64,000 bases of DNA from an uncultured Azospirillaceae bacterium (GCA_964655915.1 CAZZNV010000003.1:15299-79298); one strand, 5' to 3'; positions 45,851-57,658 are shown, numbered from the stretch's first letter. Numbers and translations are program-made. The notes: generated by a model from the letters alone, not told the origin.

Positions 45851-46243
45851 CTAAACAGACTCTTGTTCGATGTTGCCAGATAAACCTTTGGCGATGTTCA
45901 TATTAATGTTGATTAACACATCAAGTTTTTCCGGTGACGGGGTTGTTTGGATATCAATTATCCTCTTAAAAATGAACATAGCCAAATTGAGGATATTATT
46001 TTTAATTTCAATGGGTAATGGACAATCCGGCTCATGCATGGCCGAAGCCAAAATCACCCATAATTTACGATTTTTTTCCAATGCCTCATCCAGATTTTGC
46101 TTCTCTGTTTCCCAGTTTAGGCGAACATTATTCAGAGCTGAGGCTGTCCGTATTAACGCCCTGCTCTCCAATTCTTTTTGCTCTAAACCTGAGACATCTG
46201 TTCGAGCATAATTGCCTGCTATATCCATTTTTACCTTACTCAT
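45851..46243 (-). CDS. flaF: Flagellar biosynthesis regulator FlaF-like protein
   Basis: Pattern E.RAL...A..L......L.EAL.KNRKLW.IL.......C.LP.E+K..IL.LA.F+.+........L..LI.IN..IA.GL matches alphaproteobacterial FlaF (Caulobacter and Brucella sequences recalled from memory). Confidence 0.65.
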   Translation of the reverse strand: MSKVKMDIAGNYARTDVSGLEQKELESRALIRTASALNNVRLNWETEKQNLDEALEKNRKLWVILASAMHEPDCPLPIEIKNNILNLAMFIFKRIIDIQTTPSPEKLDVLININMNIAKGLSGNIEQESV

Positions 46244-46329
46244 AAAATCTTTTTTAACTCTCTTGCGATTATATTATATTCATTGTTACCGAATGGTAAA
46301 TTTTAATCTAAAATTCCAAAGGAAAATAC

Positions 46330-47334
46330 ATGAAAAAGATTATAACATTGTGTTTGGGGGCGGCAATTTTATTGGCAACTTTTTCTACTTCATTTGCCCT
46401 TGTCAATTACGAAGACAGAAATGAAATGAAATTCAAAGATGTTAAAGGATCCGGTTTTCTTGAATATGCTCCTTACGGATTTGTTGAAAACCCGAGTGAG
46501 ATTGTTCGCGGCAAATTCACAACCGTTTGGCAACCGTTGGTTGACGAGCTGCTTAAAGATAAAACGATTGAATTTAAATTTGATTTGCGCAGAAGAACCG
46601 ACAAAGACAATATTCAAGCCACAAAAGGCGGAAAAATAGACATCTTTTTCGGAGCTTATAATGAAACCAAACTTTATGACGGACTGGAGTTGATTTTTCC
46701 TTCAATCATCAGCAACCCCGCCACAATTTTTATGCTCCCCAACAGGGTGAATGACATTAAAGAAATTGATGATTTGAAAAAACTTAAAGGCGTGCGCCTG
46801 TCTACGGAAATGTTTACAGATTTTGTTGAACGACAACTGAAACAATATGACATAGAAACGGTTGATACCTCCTATGACCTTTTCGAGCGTTTGTTCACAA
46901 AAAAAGTTGATTATATTTTGGTAACACAATATGTCGGCATTATTGAATCCATTAAGCTCGGTTTAAGGGGGCAAGTCAGCGAAGCCAGACAAACGCTGTG
47001 GAAAATGCCCATGTTTATCGGCATCTCTAAAGTTTCTCCGAATCGTCGTTTTTTGGTGCGTCTTTTTACTCAACTTTCCACCGATCCCAAAATGCAAGAA
47101 GCCGTGCGGAATAATCTACATAAAATAATTGAAGATTTTGAAAAAAAATACGAAGGAACCGTTCCACCCACGTTCGGGTTAGAAAAAGCTTTACCGACGG
47201 AAAATTCCGACAAAGAATCGACAACCGAAAAAGCTGAAGAGAAACCGGCTCCATCCCCTTCCGCCAACACGGATACCGAGCAGAAAGAAAGTGAGAACAC
47301 GGCAACGCAGGAACAACACACCCCTGAAAAGTAA
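46330..47334 (+). CDS. Periplasmic solute-binding-protein-like protein (SBP family 3-like) with a disordered T/E/K/P-rich tail
   Basis: Signal peptide. About 250 aa with the general layout of type 3 SBPs (YAPYGF..., ...VDYILV...). A ~60-aa low-complexity C-terminus. No permease or ATPase gene is adjacent. Confidence 0.55.
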   Translation: MKKIITLCLGAAILLATFSTSFALVNYEDRNEMKFKDVKGSGFLEYAPYGFVENPSEIVRGKFTTVWQPLVDELLKDKTIEFKFDLRRRTDKDNIQATKGGKIDIFFGAYNETKLYDGLELIFPSIISNPATIFMLPNRVNDIKEIDDLKKLKGVRLSTEMFTDFVERQLKQYDIETVDTSYDLFERLFTKKVDYILVTQYVGIIESIKLGLRGQVSEARQTLWKMPMFIGISKVSPNRRFLVRLFTQLSTDPKMQEAVRNNLHKIIEDFEKKYEGTVPPTFGLEKALPTENSDKESTTEKAEEKPAPSPSANTDTEQKESENTATQEQHTPEK

Positions 47335-47428
47335 ACATTCCAGAATAAATTGATGGATATTGGAGCTTGCTGCTTGACCTTTAAATTCAAACCGTTAAAA
47401 TTAGATTTATTCGTTGAAAGGTAATTTT

Positions 47429-48094
47429 ATGGTTTTATTGATTCATCATCCGGTTTCTCCTTTCGGACGCAAGATACGCGCCCTTATGGGGGAGAAGAAA
47501 ATGTTGTTTATTCTGAGGGAGGAAGAGCCTTGGAAGCTTTCCGGTGATGTTTATAAATTAAATCCGGCGGGAGAATTACCCATATTTCTGGATGACGGAC
47601 ATATTTTGTCGGGTAATTACGCTATTACGGAATATCTGGAAGAGGCCGGGAATCCACCTCAGTTGATTTTCGGAGATGCTTATCAGAAAGCTGAAATTCG
47701 CCGCTTAACTTCTTGGTTTGATGAAAAGTTTTACCGGGAGGTTTATCGTTGCGTTGTTCGGGAGAAAGTTCATAAGCGATTTTCTCTCGGTTTGGCTCCG
47801 GATTCCAAGATTTTGAAAACGGGTATCGGCAATCTGAATTTTCATATGGAATATCTGGAATGGTTATTGGAACAACGCCAAAATATCGCTAGTGATGAAT
47901 TGTCTCTTGCCGATATTACGGCCGCGGCACATTTATCTGTGGTGGATTACTTGGGTGATGTTCCTTGGGAAAATTTCCCTTCCGTTAAAGTTTGGTATTC
48001 GAGAATTAAATCTCGACCTTGTTTTAAAGATATTCTGAAAGACAATATTCGAGGTATTCTTCCTGCAAAACATTATATGAATTTGGATTTTTGA
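47429..48094 (+). CDS. Glutathione S-transferase family protein
   Basis: Thioredoxin-like N-domain (L.HHP.SPFGRK+R, P.G.LP...DDG..L..S.AI.EYL) plus a helical C-domain. Start set at the ATG at 47429. Confidence 0.75.
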   Translation: MVLLIHHPVSPFGRKIRALMGEKKMLFILREEEPWKLSGDVYKLNPAGELPIFLDDGHILSGNYAITEYLEEAGNPPQLIFGDAYQKAEIRRLTSWFDEKFYREVYRCVVREKVHKRFSLGLAPDSKILKTGIGNLNFHMEYLEWLLEQRQNIASDELSLADITAAAHLSVVDYLGDVPWENFPSVKVWYSRIKSRPCFKDILKDNIRGILPAKHYMNLDF

Positions 48095-48102
48095 GAATAA
48101 AA

Positions 48103-48567
48103 ATGAATATGAAATTTGTTGTGGCGCTACTGAGTTTGTCTTTATGTTCATGCACCTACTTATCCAAAGGAAGCGGACAGGTCGTCTATCACTGGGAAAA
48201 GGCTCATACCGGTGTTGAAAAATTTTCACGTGACCATGCCGAATGTTTAATGGCGGCTAAAGAATTTAAGCTTATGCCTGATTTCAGAACTTGGTTTTAT
48301 ACAGAGGAAACAAAACTTGATACCCGAGCCGATTGGAAATCATCTAAGGGTATTTGGGCCTCTTATATCCCATATCCCGGGGCGCAACCTTTGGTCGTTA
48401 ACTCTCGTTATGATGATGATGACATAAGCCCCTCTGACTACGCAAAATGTATGCGAAGCAAAGGATATTGGCATCGTGACCATGATATTCCGGAAATAAC
48501 CAACATCAATTTGTATCGTGCGCGCAAACCTTATCTGCAACAGCCTTTCGGTTTTGAAGACTTTTGA
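48103..48567 (+). CDS. Hypothetical lipoprotein
   Basis: Signal peptide and lipobox (LSLSLCSC). Two Cys-containing motifs (HAECLMAAK, YAKCMRSKGY). No family recognised. Its 3' end overlaps the convergent OMF gene by 37 nt. Confidence 0.55.
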   Translation: MNMKFVVALLSLSLCSCTYLSKGSGQVVYHWEKAHTGVEKFSRDHAECLMAAKEFKLMPDFRTWFYTEETKLDTRADWKSSKGIWASYIPYPGAQPLVVNSRYDDDDISPSDYAKCMRSKGYWHRDHDIPEITNINLYRARKPYLQQPFGFEDF

Positions 48568-49976
48568 CAACTGTGTTCGTTCTGTCCTCCACCGACAGCC
48601 TTGTAGAAACTGACAAGATTAGTGTATATTTTTGCGTTACTTTCGATGAATGATTGTTGCGCTGCAAGCAAATTTTGTTGCGACGTTAAAACCTCGCTAA
48701 ATTCTACCAATCCTTGCTTGTATTTTTCTATCGTTAAATCTGCTACTTTTTGCTGCGAATTCATAACGGTGTGAGCTGATAAATTTGCTTGATATTCTTT
48801 TTCCACGGCAACCATAGCGTTTCGTATTTCTGATGCTGCCGTAAGCAATGTTGAATGATATTGCCGGGACTGTTCTTCCGTCAGATATTTTTGCAGCAGC
48901 ACGTTATTGTTCAGAGCTCCAAAATGGAACAACGGAAGTTTGATTGCCGGTGACAAAGTATACATATCCGTATTCGATCCTATAAGATGCCCCAGATTGG
49001 GAGACTGCCAACCTAAAAAACCACCGATGTTTACATTGGGATACAGTTTAGCAACAGCCACCCCGATTTGGGCATTTTGAGAAATAAGCCGTTGCTCCAC
49101 CGCTTGAACATCCGGTCGATTTCGCACAACAGAAACAGGCAAATCGTGAAGTTTTGATAAATCAAAATCAAAACGACGGGAAACCAAATTTGTTGCAGTT
49201 TCATCAACCAACGCGTTAATACTTCCGGGAAGTTTTCCCACTAAAACAGATAAGGCATTACGATAATTTTCTATTTCAATTTCCAGTGTTGGTATTTGCT
49301 CTCGTGTTGTTTCCACAATATACAAAGACTGATTAAGAGCTATATTGTCCGTTAACCCCGCGTTATATTTGTTTTTGACGAGGCTGTATATATCTTCTTG
49401 AATTTTCAGGTTGTTTTTGGCTATGCGCTCTTGTTCTTGGGCGCTACGCAGTTTTATGTAGTTGTTGGCAATTTCGGCAATTAAGCTCAGACGCACATTG
49501 TTTAAATCGGCCGATGCGGCTCTCAGCAAAGCCATTGAGCTTTCACTTAAACGACGGCCGCCGCCCCAAATATCTATTTCCCAGCTGGCATCCATCCCCA
49601 ATTGATAATAATCTGAGATTAGCGGAACACCAAGGCTGCGAGCATTTTGTGCTTTTTGATAACTGCCGTCAATATCTAACGTCGGTAAATAGCTTACGGA
49701 ATTAATTCTCAATGTCTGGCGCGCCTGCCGCAATTTAGATATTGCGATTTTTATGTTGGGGCTTTCCATAAGCCCGCGATCTACCAAATGATTTAACACG
49801 ACGTCATTAAATTGTTTATACCAGTCTTTATTTACACGAAATTCATTCGTGTTTTTTATTTGCAAACTTTCCGCCAAAGAAGAATCTTTAAAATATTCCG
49901 GTTTACGGTAATCCGGTCCAACCGTGCAACAAGTCAACAGACATAAACTGAACAGAGGCAAGTATTTAGACATCAT
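48531..49976 (-). CDS. RND efflux outer membrane factor lipoprotein (NodT family)
   Basis: Lipoprotein N-terminus [10 protein letters not shown] typical of NodT. Two TolC-like repeats. Ends ...FYKAVGGG plus a short tail. Start set at MMSKY (49976), overlapping the pump gene's stop. Confidence 0.85.
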   Translation of the reverse strand: MMSKYLPLFSLCLLTCCTVGPDYRKPEYFKDSSLAESLQIKNTNEFRVNKDWYKQFNDVVLNHLVDRGLMESPNIKIAISKLRQARQTLRINSVSYLPTLDIDGSYQKAQNARSLGVPLISDYYQLGMDASWEIDIWGGGRRLSESSMALLRAASADLNNVRLSLIAEIANNYIKLRSAQEQERIAKNNLKIQEDIYSLVKNKYNAGLTDNIALNQSLYIVETTREQIPTLEIEIENYRNALSVLVGKLPGSINALVDETATNLVSRRFDFDLSKLHDLPVSVVRNRPDVQAVEQRLISQNAQIGVAVAKLYPNVNIGGFLGWQSPNLGHLIGSNTDMYTLSPAIKLPLFHFGALNNNVLLQKYLTEEQSRQYHSTLLTAASEIRNAMVAVEKEYQANLSAHTVMNSQQKVADLTIEKYKQGLVEFSEVLTSQQNLLAAQQSFIESNAKIYTNLVSFYKAVGGGQNEHSCQKSSKPKGCCR

Positions 49977-52900
49977 GAGAATCTCCATCAGCTGATTGAT
50001 TATTATTCCCATCTTTTAATGTAATCCCCATAGAGTTGCCATGCACAGCGGTTTCTTTTTGAATTTCCGCTTCATATTTGCCGTGCCCGGCCCACTCTTT
50101 TATGTTTTCAAACAACGAAAACAACGCCGGAATAAAAATTATTCCTATAAAAGTAGCTGCAATCATGCCGTAAAAAACAGATGTTCCAATGGCTATTTGG
50201 CTTGATGCACCTGCTCCGGTCGCAACAATCATCGGAAACACTCCCAAAATAAATGTCAGGGCAGTCATCAATACGGCACGAAATCTTTCTCCCGCACCTT
50301 TTACCGAGGCCTCAATAATAGAAGCGCCGTCATCTCGGTACGCCTTTGTAAACTCAACAATCAAAATTGCATTTTTAGCGGCCAAACCAATGAGCATTAT
50401 CAAACCCAATTGGGCATATATGCTAAGTGCCTGTCCCATAATGTGCAAGCCGATTATAGCCCCCAATACGGCAAATACGGTTGAAAACATCACCGCAAAA
50501 GCCAACATCCAGCTTTCATACAAAGCAACCAGAAATAAATAGCAAAAAATCAGAGCCAACCCGATCAGCAATGTTCCGACGCCAGCCGCTTCAACTTCCT
50601 GTAAGCTTAAACCTGTCCAAGCAATTTTGAAATTTTTGGGTAAAATATTATTACCGATGTTTTGTATGGCTTTGATAGATGTTCCCGTGCTTACGGCTTC
50701 GCTCGTTTGTGCCGTTACTCCGGCTGCCGTATATTGGTTATAGCGATAAATTATTTTGGGTGCAATTGATGTCTTTACCTCAGCAAAGCTGTCTACTTTT
50801 ATCAGTTTCCCGTTTTGTGAAGGCACATATAACTTCAAAACATCTTTAATATCTTTACGATAAGGAAAATCTGCTTGAACAATAACCTTGTTGACCTGAC
50901 CGTCCAACGTTATGTTATTGATATACCTTGAACCAAAATTATTTTGCAGCGTTTCAAACAAATTGGATACCGGAATTTGGTAACTTTCCAGTTTTGTACG
51001 GTCAATGTCTAAATAGATGTGTGGCGTATCCGCGGTGAATGTACTAAAAGCATATGCCAAATCAGGAGATTTGTTTAAGGCTTCAAGATAACGCCTTAAC
51101 ATTGTGTACAATTCTGACGGAGTGGTTGTTCCGTCAACCGCTAAGAGCTCAAATGACAGACCGTTGCTTTGCCCTATTCCCGGAATGGACGGCGGCGCAA
51201 AAAAGTTGACTTCAGCGTCCGGCGTTCTGCCAAACTCTTTTAACAATGTTGTGGTCAGCGCTTCTATGGACAGACTTTTGCTTTTGCGCTTATTCCAATC
51301 TTCTAAACCGATAATGCCCATGGCAACGTTTTCTCCGCCACCGCCCAACATTGAATATCCGGCAACTGATATGAAAAATTTAACACCCTCAATTTTTAGC
51401 GCCCGTTCCGAAATATCCGCCAAAATCTGATTTGTTTGATTAATGCTTGCCGTATCATCAAGTTGGATATTTGCAAAAATGATACCTTGATCTTCTTCCG
51501 GCAAAAAAGATGTTGCGGTAAATTTGAAACCTAAGACAACAATGGCTATTACAGCCAAAACAACTCCCACAGTCACTTTAAGGTATGATGAAAAAAAGTT
51601 TACGATTTTTAAATATTTGTCCTTGAAAAAATCTATCGAATCGTCAAACCATTTAAAAAATCCGTGCGGATTTTCCGGTTTGTCACCCTTAAGGAATATT
51701 GCACATAATGCCGGACTTAAGGTCAGTGCATTAAATGCCGAAAAAATAACCGACGTTGCAATTGTTACGGCAAATTGTTGATAAATTTTTCCGGTAATTC
51801 CTGCCATTAAGCCGACAGGAACAAAAATGGATAATAAAACAAAAGTGGTGGCGATAATTGCACTGCCAATTTGCTGCATAGCTTTTATGGCGGCTGTTTT
51901 AGAATCCATTTTTTCGTAAACCATCAAATACTGTACTCTCTCAACAACAATAATAGCATCATCAACAACCAAACCAATTGCCAAAATCATGGCAAACAAT
52001 GTTAAAATATTAATATCAAACCCCAATATATAAATGGCTGCGAATGTGGCAATTAACGATACCGGAATCGTTATTAAGGGAATGAGTGTTGTTCTCAGTT
52101 TTTGTAAAAAAATGTATGTTACCAACACTACCAGAGAAAACGTGATAATTAAAGTTTCAATAATGCTTTCAATAGACGCTCGTACATAGTTTGTAGAATC
52201 GTAGGCAACTTTAAATTCTATATCTTCAGGAAAAGTTGAACTTAGACGTTCAATCTCTTTGCGCACATTGTCCATAATGTTCAAAGAATTGGAGTTTGGT
52301 GTTTGGCTGAGACCGATAATGACGGCTGGAGCATTATCATATTCTGCCACCATATTGTAGCTGTCGGCCCCGATTTCTACTCTTGCAACATCTTTCAGGC
52401 GAACAATGCCCCCGTGCTCGTCTGTCGTCACAACGATATTTTTAAAATCTTCAACAGTATCCAGCAATCCCTTTGCCGACAAAGATAAAACAATCGCCGT
52501 TTCTTTACTGCTGGGCGCAGAACCTATCTCGCCGATGGAAGCTTGTACATTTTGGCTGGAAATTGCTGCAACAATATCGGAGCTGGATAATCCAAGCGAA
52601 GCTAAACGATCGCTATTTAACCAAATCCGCATTGAATATTGCGGACCATAAATGGATACATCTCCGACACCTGACACACGCGCTAAGGGGTTTTGAATGT
52701 TTGTGTAGGCAAAATTGCTCAAAAACAAATCATTGTAAGTATTGTTGGGTGAACGCAAGACAAGCATGCCCAAGATGTTTGAAATTTGCGTTTTAACATC
52801 AATGCCTTCTTGTTGCACAATAGCCGGCAGTTGCGACATAACTTGTGATAGACGGTTTTGTACCTTAACTTGCGCAATATCCGGATTGGTTCCGACATCA

Positions 52901-53184
52901 AATGTTATGGTCAACTGGTATGACCCGTTATCATCCGATGTTGAAGACATATACAACATGCCTTCCACACCGTTAACTTGGTTTTCTATCGGAACGGCAA
53001 CCGTATCCACCAATACTTGAGCATTTGCACCGGCATAAGTCGTACTTACAACAATTTGCGGCGGTGTGATTTGCGGATATTGAGATACCGGCAACACGGC
53101 GATAGCCAGTAAACCTAACAAAATCATAATAACAGAAACCACGCCGGCAAAACGAGGCCTATCAATAAAATATTCGGAAAACAT
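49966..53184 (-). CDS. RND multidrug efflux transporter, inner-membrane pump (HAE1/AcrB family)
   Basis: 1072 aa with 12 TM and two large periplasmic loops. The N-terminus [13 protein letters not shown]....I...G is typical of AcrB-like pumps. Confidence 0.93.
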   Translation of the reverse strand: MFSEYFIDRPRFAGVVSVIMILLGLLAIAVLPVSQYPQITPPQIVVSTTYAGANAQVLVDTVAVPIENQVNGVEGMLYMSSTSDDNGSYQLTITFDVGTNPDIAQVKVQNRLSQVMSQLPAIVQQEGIDVKTQISNILGMLVLRSPNNTYNDLFLSNFAYTNIQNPLARVSGVGDVSIYGPQYSMRIWLNSDRLASLGLSSSDIVAAISSQNVQASIGEIGSAPSSKETAIVLSLSAKGLLDTVEDFKNIVVTTDEHGGIVRLKDVARVEIGADSYNMVAEYDNAPAVIIGLSQTPNSNSLNIMDNVRKEIERLSSTFPEDIEFKVAYDSTNYVRASIESIIETLIITFSLVVLVTYIFLQKLRTTLIPLITIPVSLIATFAAIYILGFDINILTLFAMILAIGLVVDDAIIVVERVQYLMVYEKMDSKTAAIKAMQQIGSAIIATTFVLLSIFVPVGLMAGITGKIYQQFAVTIATSVIFSAFNALTLSPALCAIFLKGDKPENPHGFFKWFDDSIDFFKDKYLKIVNFFSSYLKVTVGVVLAVIAIVVLGFKFTATSFLPEEDQGIIFANIQLDDTASINQTNQILADISERALKIEGVKFFISVAGYSMLGGGGENVAMGIIGLEDWNKRKSKSLSIEALTTTLLKEFGRTPDAEVNFFAPPSIPGIGQSNGLSFELLAVDGTTTPSELYTMLRRYLEALNKSPDLAYAFSTFTADTPHIYLDIDRTKLESYQIPVSNLFETLQNNFGSRYINNITLDGQVNKVIVQADFPYRKDIKDVLKLYVPSQNGKLIKVDSFAEVKTSIAPKIIYRYNQYTAAGVTAQTSEAVSTGTSIKAIQNIGNNILPKNFKIAWTGLSLQEVEAAGVGTLLIGLALIFCYLFLVALYESWMLAFAVMFSTVFAVLGAIIGLHIMGQALSIYAQLGLIMLIGLAAKNAILIVEFTKAYRDDGASIIEASVKGAGERFRAVLMTALTFILGVFPMIVATGAGASSQIAIGTSVFYGMIAATFIGIIFIPALFSLFENIKEWAGHGKYEAEIQKETAVHGNSMGITLKDGNNNQSADGDSHDV

Positions 53185-54356
53185 CAGTGTTTCTCCTTTG
53201 ACGCAACAGTAGTTTGGGAACCGGAAACCAACTTGGGAACTATTTTTACATTTTCCGGTAAGCGTCCTATTTTATCGACAACCAAATATTCATTCTCTGC
53301 AAAGCGGTTAGCAACGACATAACTATCTCCCTCAACACCCAGTACTTTCACTGGAGTTTTAAGCAAGCTATTTCCCTTTATCGTGTAAATATATTCTCCT
53401 CCGGCATCCAAATTAACATATTTTTGCCGAATCAGGGTAATATCTTTATAGTTTTTTTCCAACAACACATCGACGTAGGCATTAGAAACCAACTCGCGTT
53501 CAGGGTTATCAAAATCAGCATAGACGGCAATGGAATTTGTGCTGCGATCTATTTGGTTTGCCGTGTATTTAAACTTGCCAACCCCCGAATACATCCTTCC
53601 ATCGGATAAACGAAGACGAATTTTATCATCAGCCAATAAATTTTTCGGATTTTTTGTCTGCGCGGCCAAATACTCCTTGTCTGTCATTGAAAAAACAACC
53701 CTTATAGGGTCATATTGAATGATGCTAAATAACGTTCCCGATGAAGGGGAAACATAATTCCCTCGGGTTAGCCCTACATTTCCGACAATACCGTCAATCG
53801 GCGCCTGTAACTGGGTATAATCATAATTTACCTGAGCTAGCGCCTGATTGGCTTTTGCCTCTGACAAAGACGCTTGAGCCGAAAGATATTTAGCTTTGGC
53901 ATTATCTACTTCCGTTTTGGATATTGCCTTAGCTCCCGCTTGACGAACGCGCCGATAATAAAGCTCGGCATTGTTATATTCCGCTTGTGTCTGAGTTACT
54001 GCTGCCTTTGCTGCATCAAGCCTTGCCTTATATTCATCAGGTTGAATGAGAACAAGGTTGTCTCCTGCTTTTACCTCTTGTCCTCCTTCAACCCATATTT
54101 CCTGTAAATATCCTTCTATTTGCGGTTGAACGTTAACAGAATTGATTGGCGTGACATATCCCACATAACCGGTGGATAAGGTTATATCTTTTATTTCAAA
54201 CGGTTGGACCCGCAACACTAATTCACTCGCCGATGCCGGTGGTGTTTTAGTGTTGCCTGATGACGGAAATAATATGTAAACGACAGCCACAATCCCTAAA
54301 ATAATCAGTGCAAACAACAATCTTCCATAAATAGATTTTTCTCTGTCTTGAGCCAT
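53184..54356 (-). CDS. RND efflux periplasmic adaptor (membrane fusion protein)
   Basis: N-terminal anchor, biotinyl-lipoyl-like motif (V.EGQ.VKAGD.L..I), coiled-coil hairpin, beta-barrel. The stop overlaps the pump start by 1 nt (TGATG). Confidence 0.9.
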   Translation of the reverse strand: MAQDREKSIYGRLLFALIILGIVAVVYILFPSSGNTKTPPASASELVLRVQPFEIKDITLSTGYVGYVTPINSVNVQPQIEGYLQEIWVEGGQEVKAGDNLVLIQPDEYKARLDAAKAAVTQTQAEYNNAELYYRRVRQAGAKAISKTEVDNAKAKYLSAQASLSEAKANQALAQVNYDYTQLQAPIDGIVGNVGLTRGNYVSPSSGTLFSIIQYDPIRVVFSMTDKEYLAAQTKNPKNLLADDKIRLRLSDGRMYSGVGKFKYTANQIDRSTNSIAVYADFDNPERELVSNAYVDVLLEKNYKDITLIRQKYVNLDAGGEYIYTIKGNSLLKTPVKVLGVEGDSYVVANRFAENEYLVVDKIGRLPENVKIVPKLVSGSQTTVASKEKH

Positions 54357-54541
54357 TGTTTTTCCTTTGTTTACCTATATCCGACAACATTGTTTAAATA
54401 TTCTGCGGACACCTTTATTCAAGGTTTTGAATGTGTAATTTTGTTGATGTTTGCTCTTTTTGCTTGGCTGAATACAAATTCAGTTGTAGTATTTGGATGA
54501 TTTTTTTGTAGTTTGAGTAACCTTTGTTGACGGGAAACGTG

Positions 54542-55693
54542 ATGTCTGAAAATTTTAACAAACAACCTATCGTGTTGCAGGTTTTACCGGAATTAGAAAC
54601 CGGTGGCGTTGAAACGGGTGCTATCGAAATAGCTTCTTTTTTGCAGGAAAACGGGATTAGGAATTTTGTGGCCTCTAAAGGCGGGCGAATGGTTTACGAG
54701 CTTGAAAAAAACAAAATTCCCCATTTGACAATGGATTTAAAAACTAAAAACCCTCTTAAAATTATGCGTAACGCCAAAATTTTAGAAAAATTCATTAAAG
54801 ACAATGGTATTAACGTTGTTCACGCACGTTCTCGCGCCCCGGCTTGGAGTGCTTATCGGGCGGCTAAAAAAGCAGGGGTTCACTTTGTTACAACCTTTCA
54901 CGGAACTTACGGTCTTGGTTTGTGGGGAATTAAAAAAGTTTACAACAAGGTTATGACTTACGGTGAGCGTGTTATTGTAATTTCAAACCACATAAAACAA
55001 CACGTTCTTAAAAACTACAAAACCAATGAAAATAAGTTGCGTTTGGTTTTTCGCTGTGCGGATATTAATAAATTTTCTCCGGACAAAGTCTCTCAGGAAC
55101 GTTTGATTTCTAAAATAAAAGACTACAATGTCGCGGATGATAAACCCGTAATTTTGCTCCCCGGCAGAATTACTCACTGGAAAGGCGCCCACATGCTTAT
55201 TGAGGCCCTTTCTAAAATGAAAAACCAAAATTATTATTGTATTATTACCGGTGATGCTCAAAATAGAGTCCAATATTTGGAAAAATTGAGAGCTATGTCT
55301 CGCAAATATAACTTGCAGGACAGAATCGGTTTCTACGGACGTTACAATGATGTTCCCGCTTTGATGATGATGGCAACGGTGGTGCTGAATACGGCTATCG
55401 AACCGGAGGCCTTCGGACGAACAACGCTGGAAGGATTAGCCATGGGGAAAATCACTATTGCTTCCAACATTGGCGGCTCTTTGGACATCATCGACGACGG
55501 TGTTACCGGAAAACTTTATCCTTACAACAATGTGCAAGCTTTGGCAGATGCTTTGGATTGGGCTTTGGAACTTTCTGACGCGCAAAAACAAAAAATAAGC
55601 AAAGCCTCCATAAAAAAAGTGAGAGATAATTTTACAAAACAAATAATGTGTGATAAAACACTCAGTGTTTATCGGGAAGTGGTAAACAGTTAA
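54542..55693 (+). CDS. Glycosyltransferase family 4 (GT-B)
   Basis: N-terminal GG.E motif (ETGGVETGA). C-terminal EPEAFGRTTLEGLAMGK..IAS..GG matches the GT4 E(x7)E region. Start set at the ATG at 54542. Confidence 0.85.
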   Translation: MSENFNKQPIVLQVLPELETGGVETGAIEIASFLQENGIRNFVASKGGRMVYELEKNKIPHLTMDLKTKNPLKIMRNAKILEKFIKDNGINVVHARSRAPAWSAYRAAKKAGVHFVTTFHGTYGLGLWGIKKVYNKVMTYGERVIVISNHIKQHVLKNYKTNENKLRLVFRCADINKFSPDKVSQERLISKIKDYNVADDKPVILLPGRITHWKGAHMLIEALSKMKNQNYYCIITGDAQNRVQYLEKLRAMSRKYNLQDRIGFYGRYNDVPALMMMATVVLNTAIEPEAFGRTTLEGLAMGKITIASNIGGSLDIIDDGVTGKLYPYNNVQALADALDWALELSDAQKQKISKASIKKVRDNFTKQIMCDKTLSVYREVVNS

Positions 55694-55715
55694 CAATAAA
55701 AAAGGAATATCTAAA

Positions 55716-57641
55716 ATGGTTGCAATTAAATTACCCGATGGGTCAATTATGAATATGGAAGGCGAAATCAATGGTTTTGATGTCGCAAATAAAATCAGCC
55801 CCAGTTTGGCTAAGGCCGCAATTGCCGTTAATGTTAACGGTAAAACACAAGACTTAACAACTTCCATTACCACCGATGCAACCGTTACAATCATTACCGC
55901 AAAAGATAAAGAAGGGCTTCACATTATCCGCCACTCTTGCTCTCACGTTATGGCTGAGGCGGTTAAAGAACTTTGGAATGATGTTCAGGTCACAATCGGA
56001 CCGGCCATTGAAAATGGTTTCTACTACGACTTTGCTCGTAAAGAGCCTTTCACAACTGAAGATTTTGCTAAAATCGAAGCGAAAATGCATGAAATCGTTC
56101 AACGCGATGAAAAATTGGAACGCATTGTTATGCCACGCAATGAAGCTATTAAATTTTTCAAAGACAAAGGCGAGCATTATAAGGCTGAGATTATTGAAGA
56201 TTTGCCTGAGAGTGAAGTTATTTCTCTCTACAAACAAGGCGATTTTGTGGATTTGTGCCGTGGTCCGCACGTTCCATCTACCGCTAGAATCGGTGACGCA
56301 TTTAAGTTGATGAAGGTTGCCGGTGCTTATTGGCGCGGGGATTCCACTAAAGAAATGTTGCAACGTATTTACGCAACGGCTTGGGCGAACAAAAAAGACT
56401 TGGATGAGTATTTACAGATGCTTGAAGAGGCTGAAAAGCGCGACCACCGCAAGTTAGGACGCGAAATGGATTTGTTCCATTTTGAACCAGACTATGCCCC
56501 GGGGGCTGTTTTTTGGCACGATAAAGGATATAGAGTTTACCGCAAACTCATTGAATATATGCGCCGCAGGCAAGAAAATAACGGCTATATCGAGATTTGC
56601 ACGCCTCGAGTTATGGATAGATGTTTGTGGGAAACTTCCGGTCACTGGGAAAAATACGGTGCTCATAACTACTCCGGACAAACAGAAGATAAGAAATGGT
56701 TCTGCATTAAACCGATGAACTGCCCCGGAGGATTATTGGTCTATAAACAGGGAATCAAATCTTATCGTGATTTGCCATTGAGAATCGCCGAGTTCGGCAA
56801 GGTTAACCGCTATGAAGCTTCCGGATCGTTGATGGGTTTGATGCGTGTTCGCGAGTTTACTCAAGATGATGCGCATATTTTCTGTACTCCGGAACAAATG
56901 GAGGAAGAATGCGTTAAAACGATGAAGCTTATTTTTGATATTTACAAAGATTTCGGGTTTGAAAATATCAAGATTTATCTGTCAACTCGTCCGGAAAAAC
57001 GCATTGGCTCCGATGAAATTTGGGATATTTCAGAACGCGCTTTGGCAAATGCATTAGAAAAACACGGTTACGCCTATGAAATTAATGAGGGCGAAGGTGC
57101 TTTCTACGGACCAAAGTTAGAATTTATTTTGAAAGATGCCATCGGACGCGAATGGCAATGCGGTACTGTTCAGATGGATATGAACTTGCCTCAACGTTTT
57201 GATATTTCTTACATTGGTGAAGATGGTGAGAAACATCAACCCGTTATGCTTCATAGAGCTTTATTTGGCTCAATTGAGCGCTTTTTAGGAATTTTGATTG
57301 AAAACCATGCCGGAAAATTGCCATTATGGCTTTCTCCGGAACAGGTTGTGGTCGCATCGATTGTCAGCGAATTTGATGATTACGCTGAAGATGTGGCTAA
57401 AAAGTTACGCGCGGCCGGATTAAAGGCTCGGACCGATTTAAGAAACGAAAAGATAAGTTACAAAATTCGTGAACATTCGGTTGCTAAAATTCCGGTAATT
57501 GCCGTTGTCGGTGCTAAGGAAAAAGAGAACGGAACGGTTACAATTCGTCGTATCGGTTCCGAAAAGCAAGAAGTCATGAAGCTTGAGGACTTTATTGCCA
57601 TGCTATCCCAAGAGGCTGAGATGCCATCGCAGGATAGATAG
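55716..57641 (+). CDS. thrS: Threonine--tRNA ligase
   Basis: TGS domain (I.LPDGS), editing motif HSCSHVM, class II core (CRGPH, FGKVNRYE.SG...GL.RVR.FTQDDAHIF, GPK+EF), anticodon-binding domain. Confidence 0.96.
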   Translation: MVAIKLPDGSIMNMEGEINGFDVANKISPSLAKAAIAVNVNGKTQDLTTSITTDATVTIITAKDKEGLHIIRHSCSHVMAEAVKELWNDVQVTIGPAIENGFYYDFARKEPFTTEDFAKIEAKMHEIVQRDEKLERIVMPRNEAIKFFKDKGEHYKAEIIEDLPESEVISLYKQGDFVDLCRGPHVPSTARIGDAFKLMKVAGAYWRGDSTKEMLQRIYATAWANKKDLDEYLQMLEEAEKRDHRKLGREMDLFHFEPDYAPGAVFWHDKGYRVYRKLIEYMRRRQENNGYIEICTPRVMDRCLWETSGHWEKYGAHNYSGQTEDKKWFCIKPMNCPGGLLVYKQGIKSYRDLPLRIAEFGKVNRYEASGSLMGLMRVREFTQDDAHIFCTPEQMEEECVKTMKLIFDIYKDFGFENIKIYLSTRPEKRIGSDEIWDISERALANALEKHGYAYEINEGEGAFYGPKLEFILKDAIGREWQCGTVQMDMNLPQRFDISYIGEDGEKHQPVMLHRALFGSIERFLGILIENHAGKLPLWLSPEQVVVASIVSEFDDYAEDVAKKLRAAGLKARTDLRNEKISYKIREHSVAKIPVIAVVGAKEKENGTVTIRRIGSEKQEVMKLEDFIAMLSQEAEMPSQDR

Positions 57642-57658
57642 CTCTAAATTATCTTGCT

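Noticed and set aside
48531-48567. The 37-nt convergent overlap between the hypothetical lipoprotein gene and the efflux OMF gene, as a possible sign of misannotation or antisense regulation.
   Set aside because: The OMF core ends at the conserved ...YKAVGGG motif. The overlap involves only a short non-conserved tail and the lipoprotein's last codons. This is plausible in a compact genome, and the sequence alone does not support a regulatory claim.
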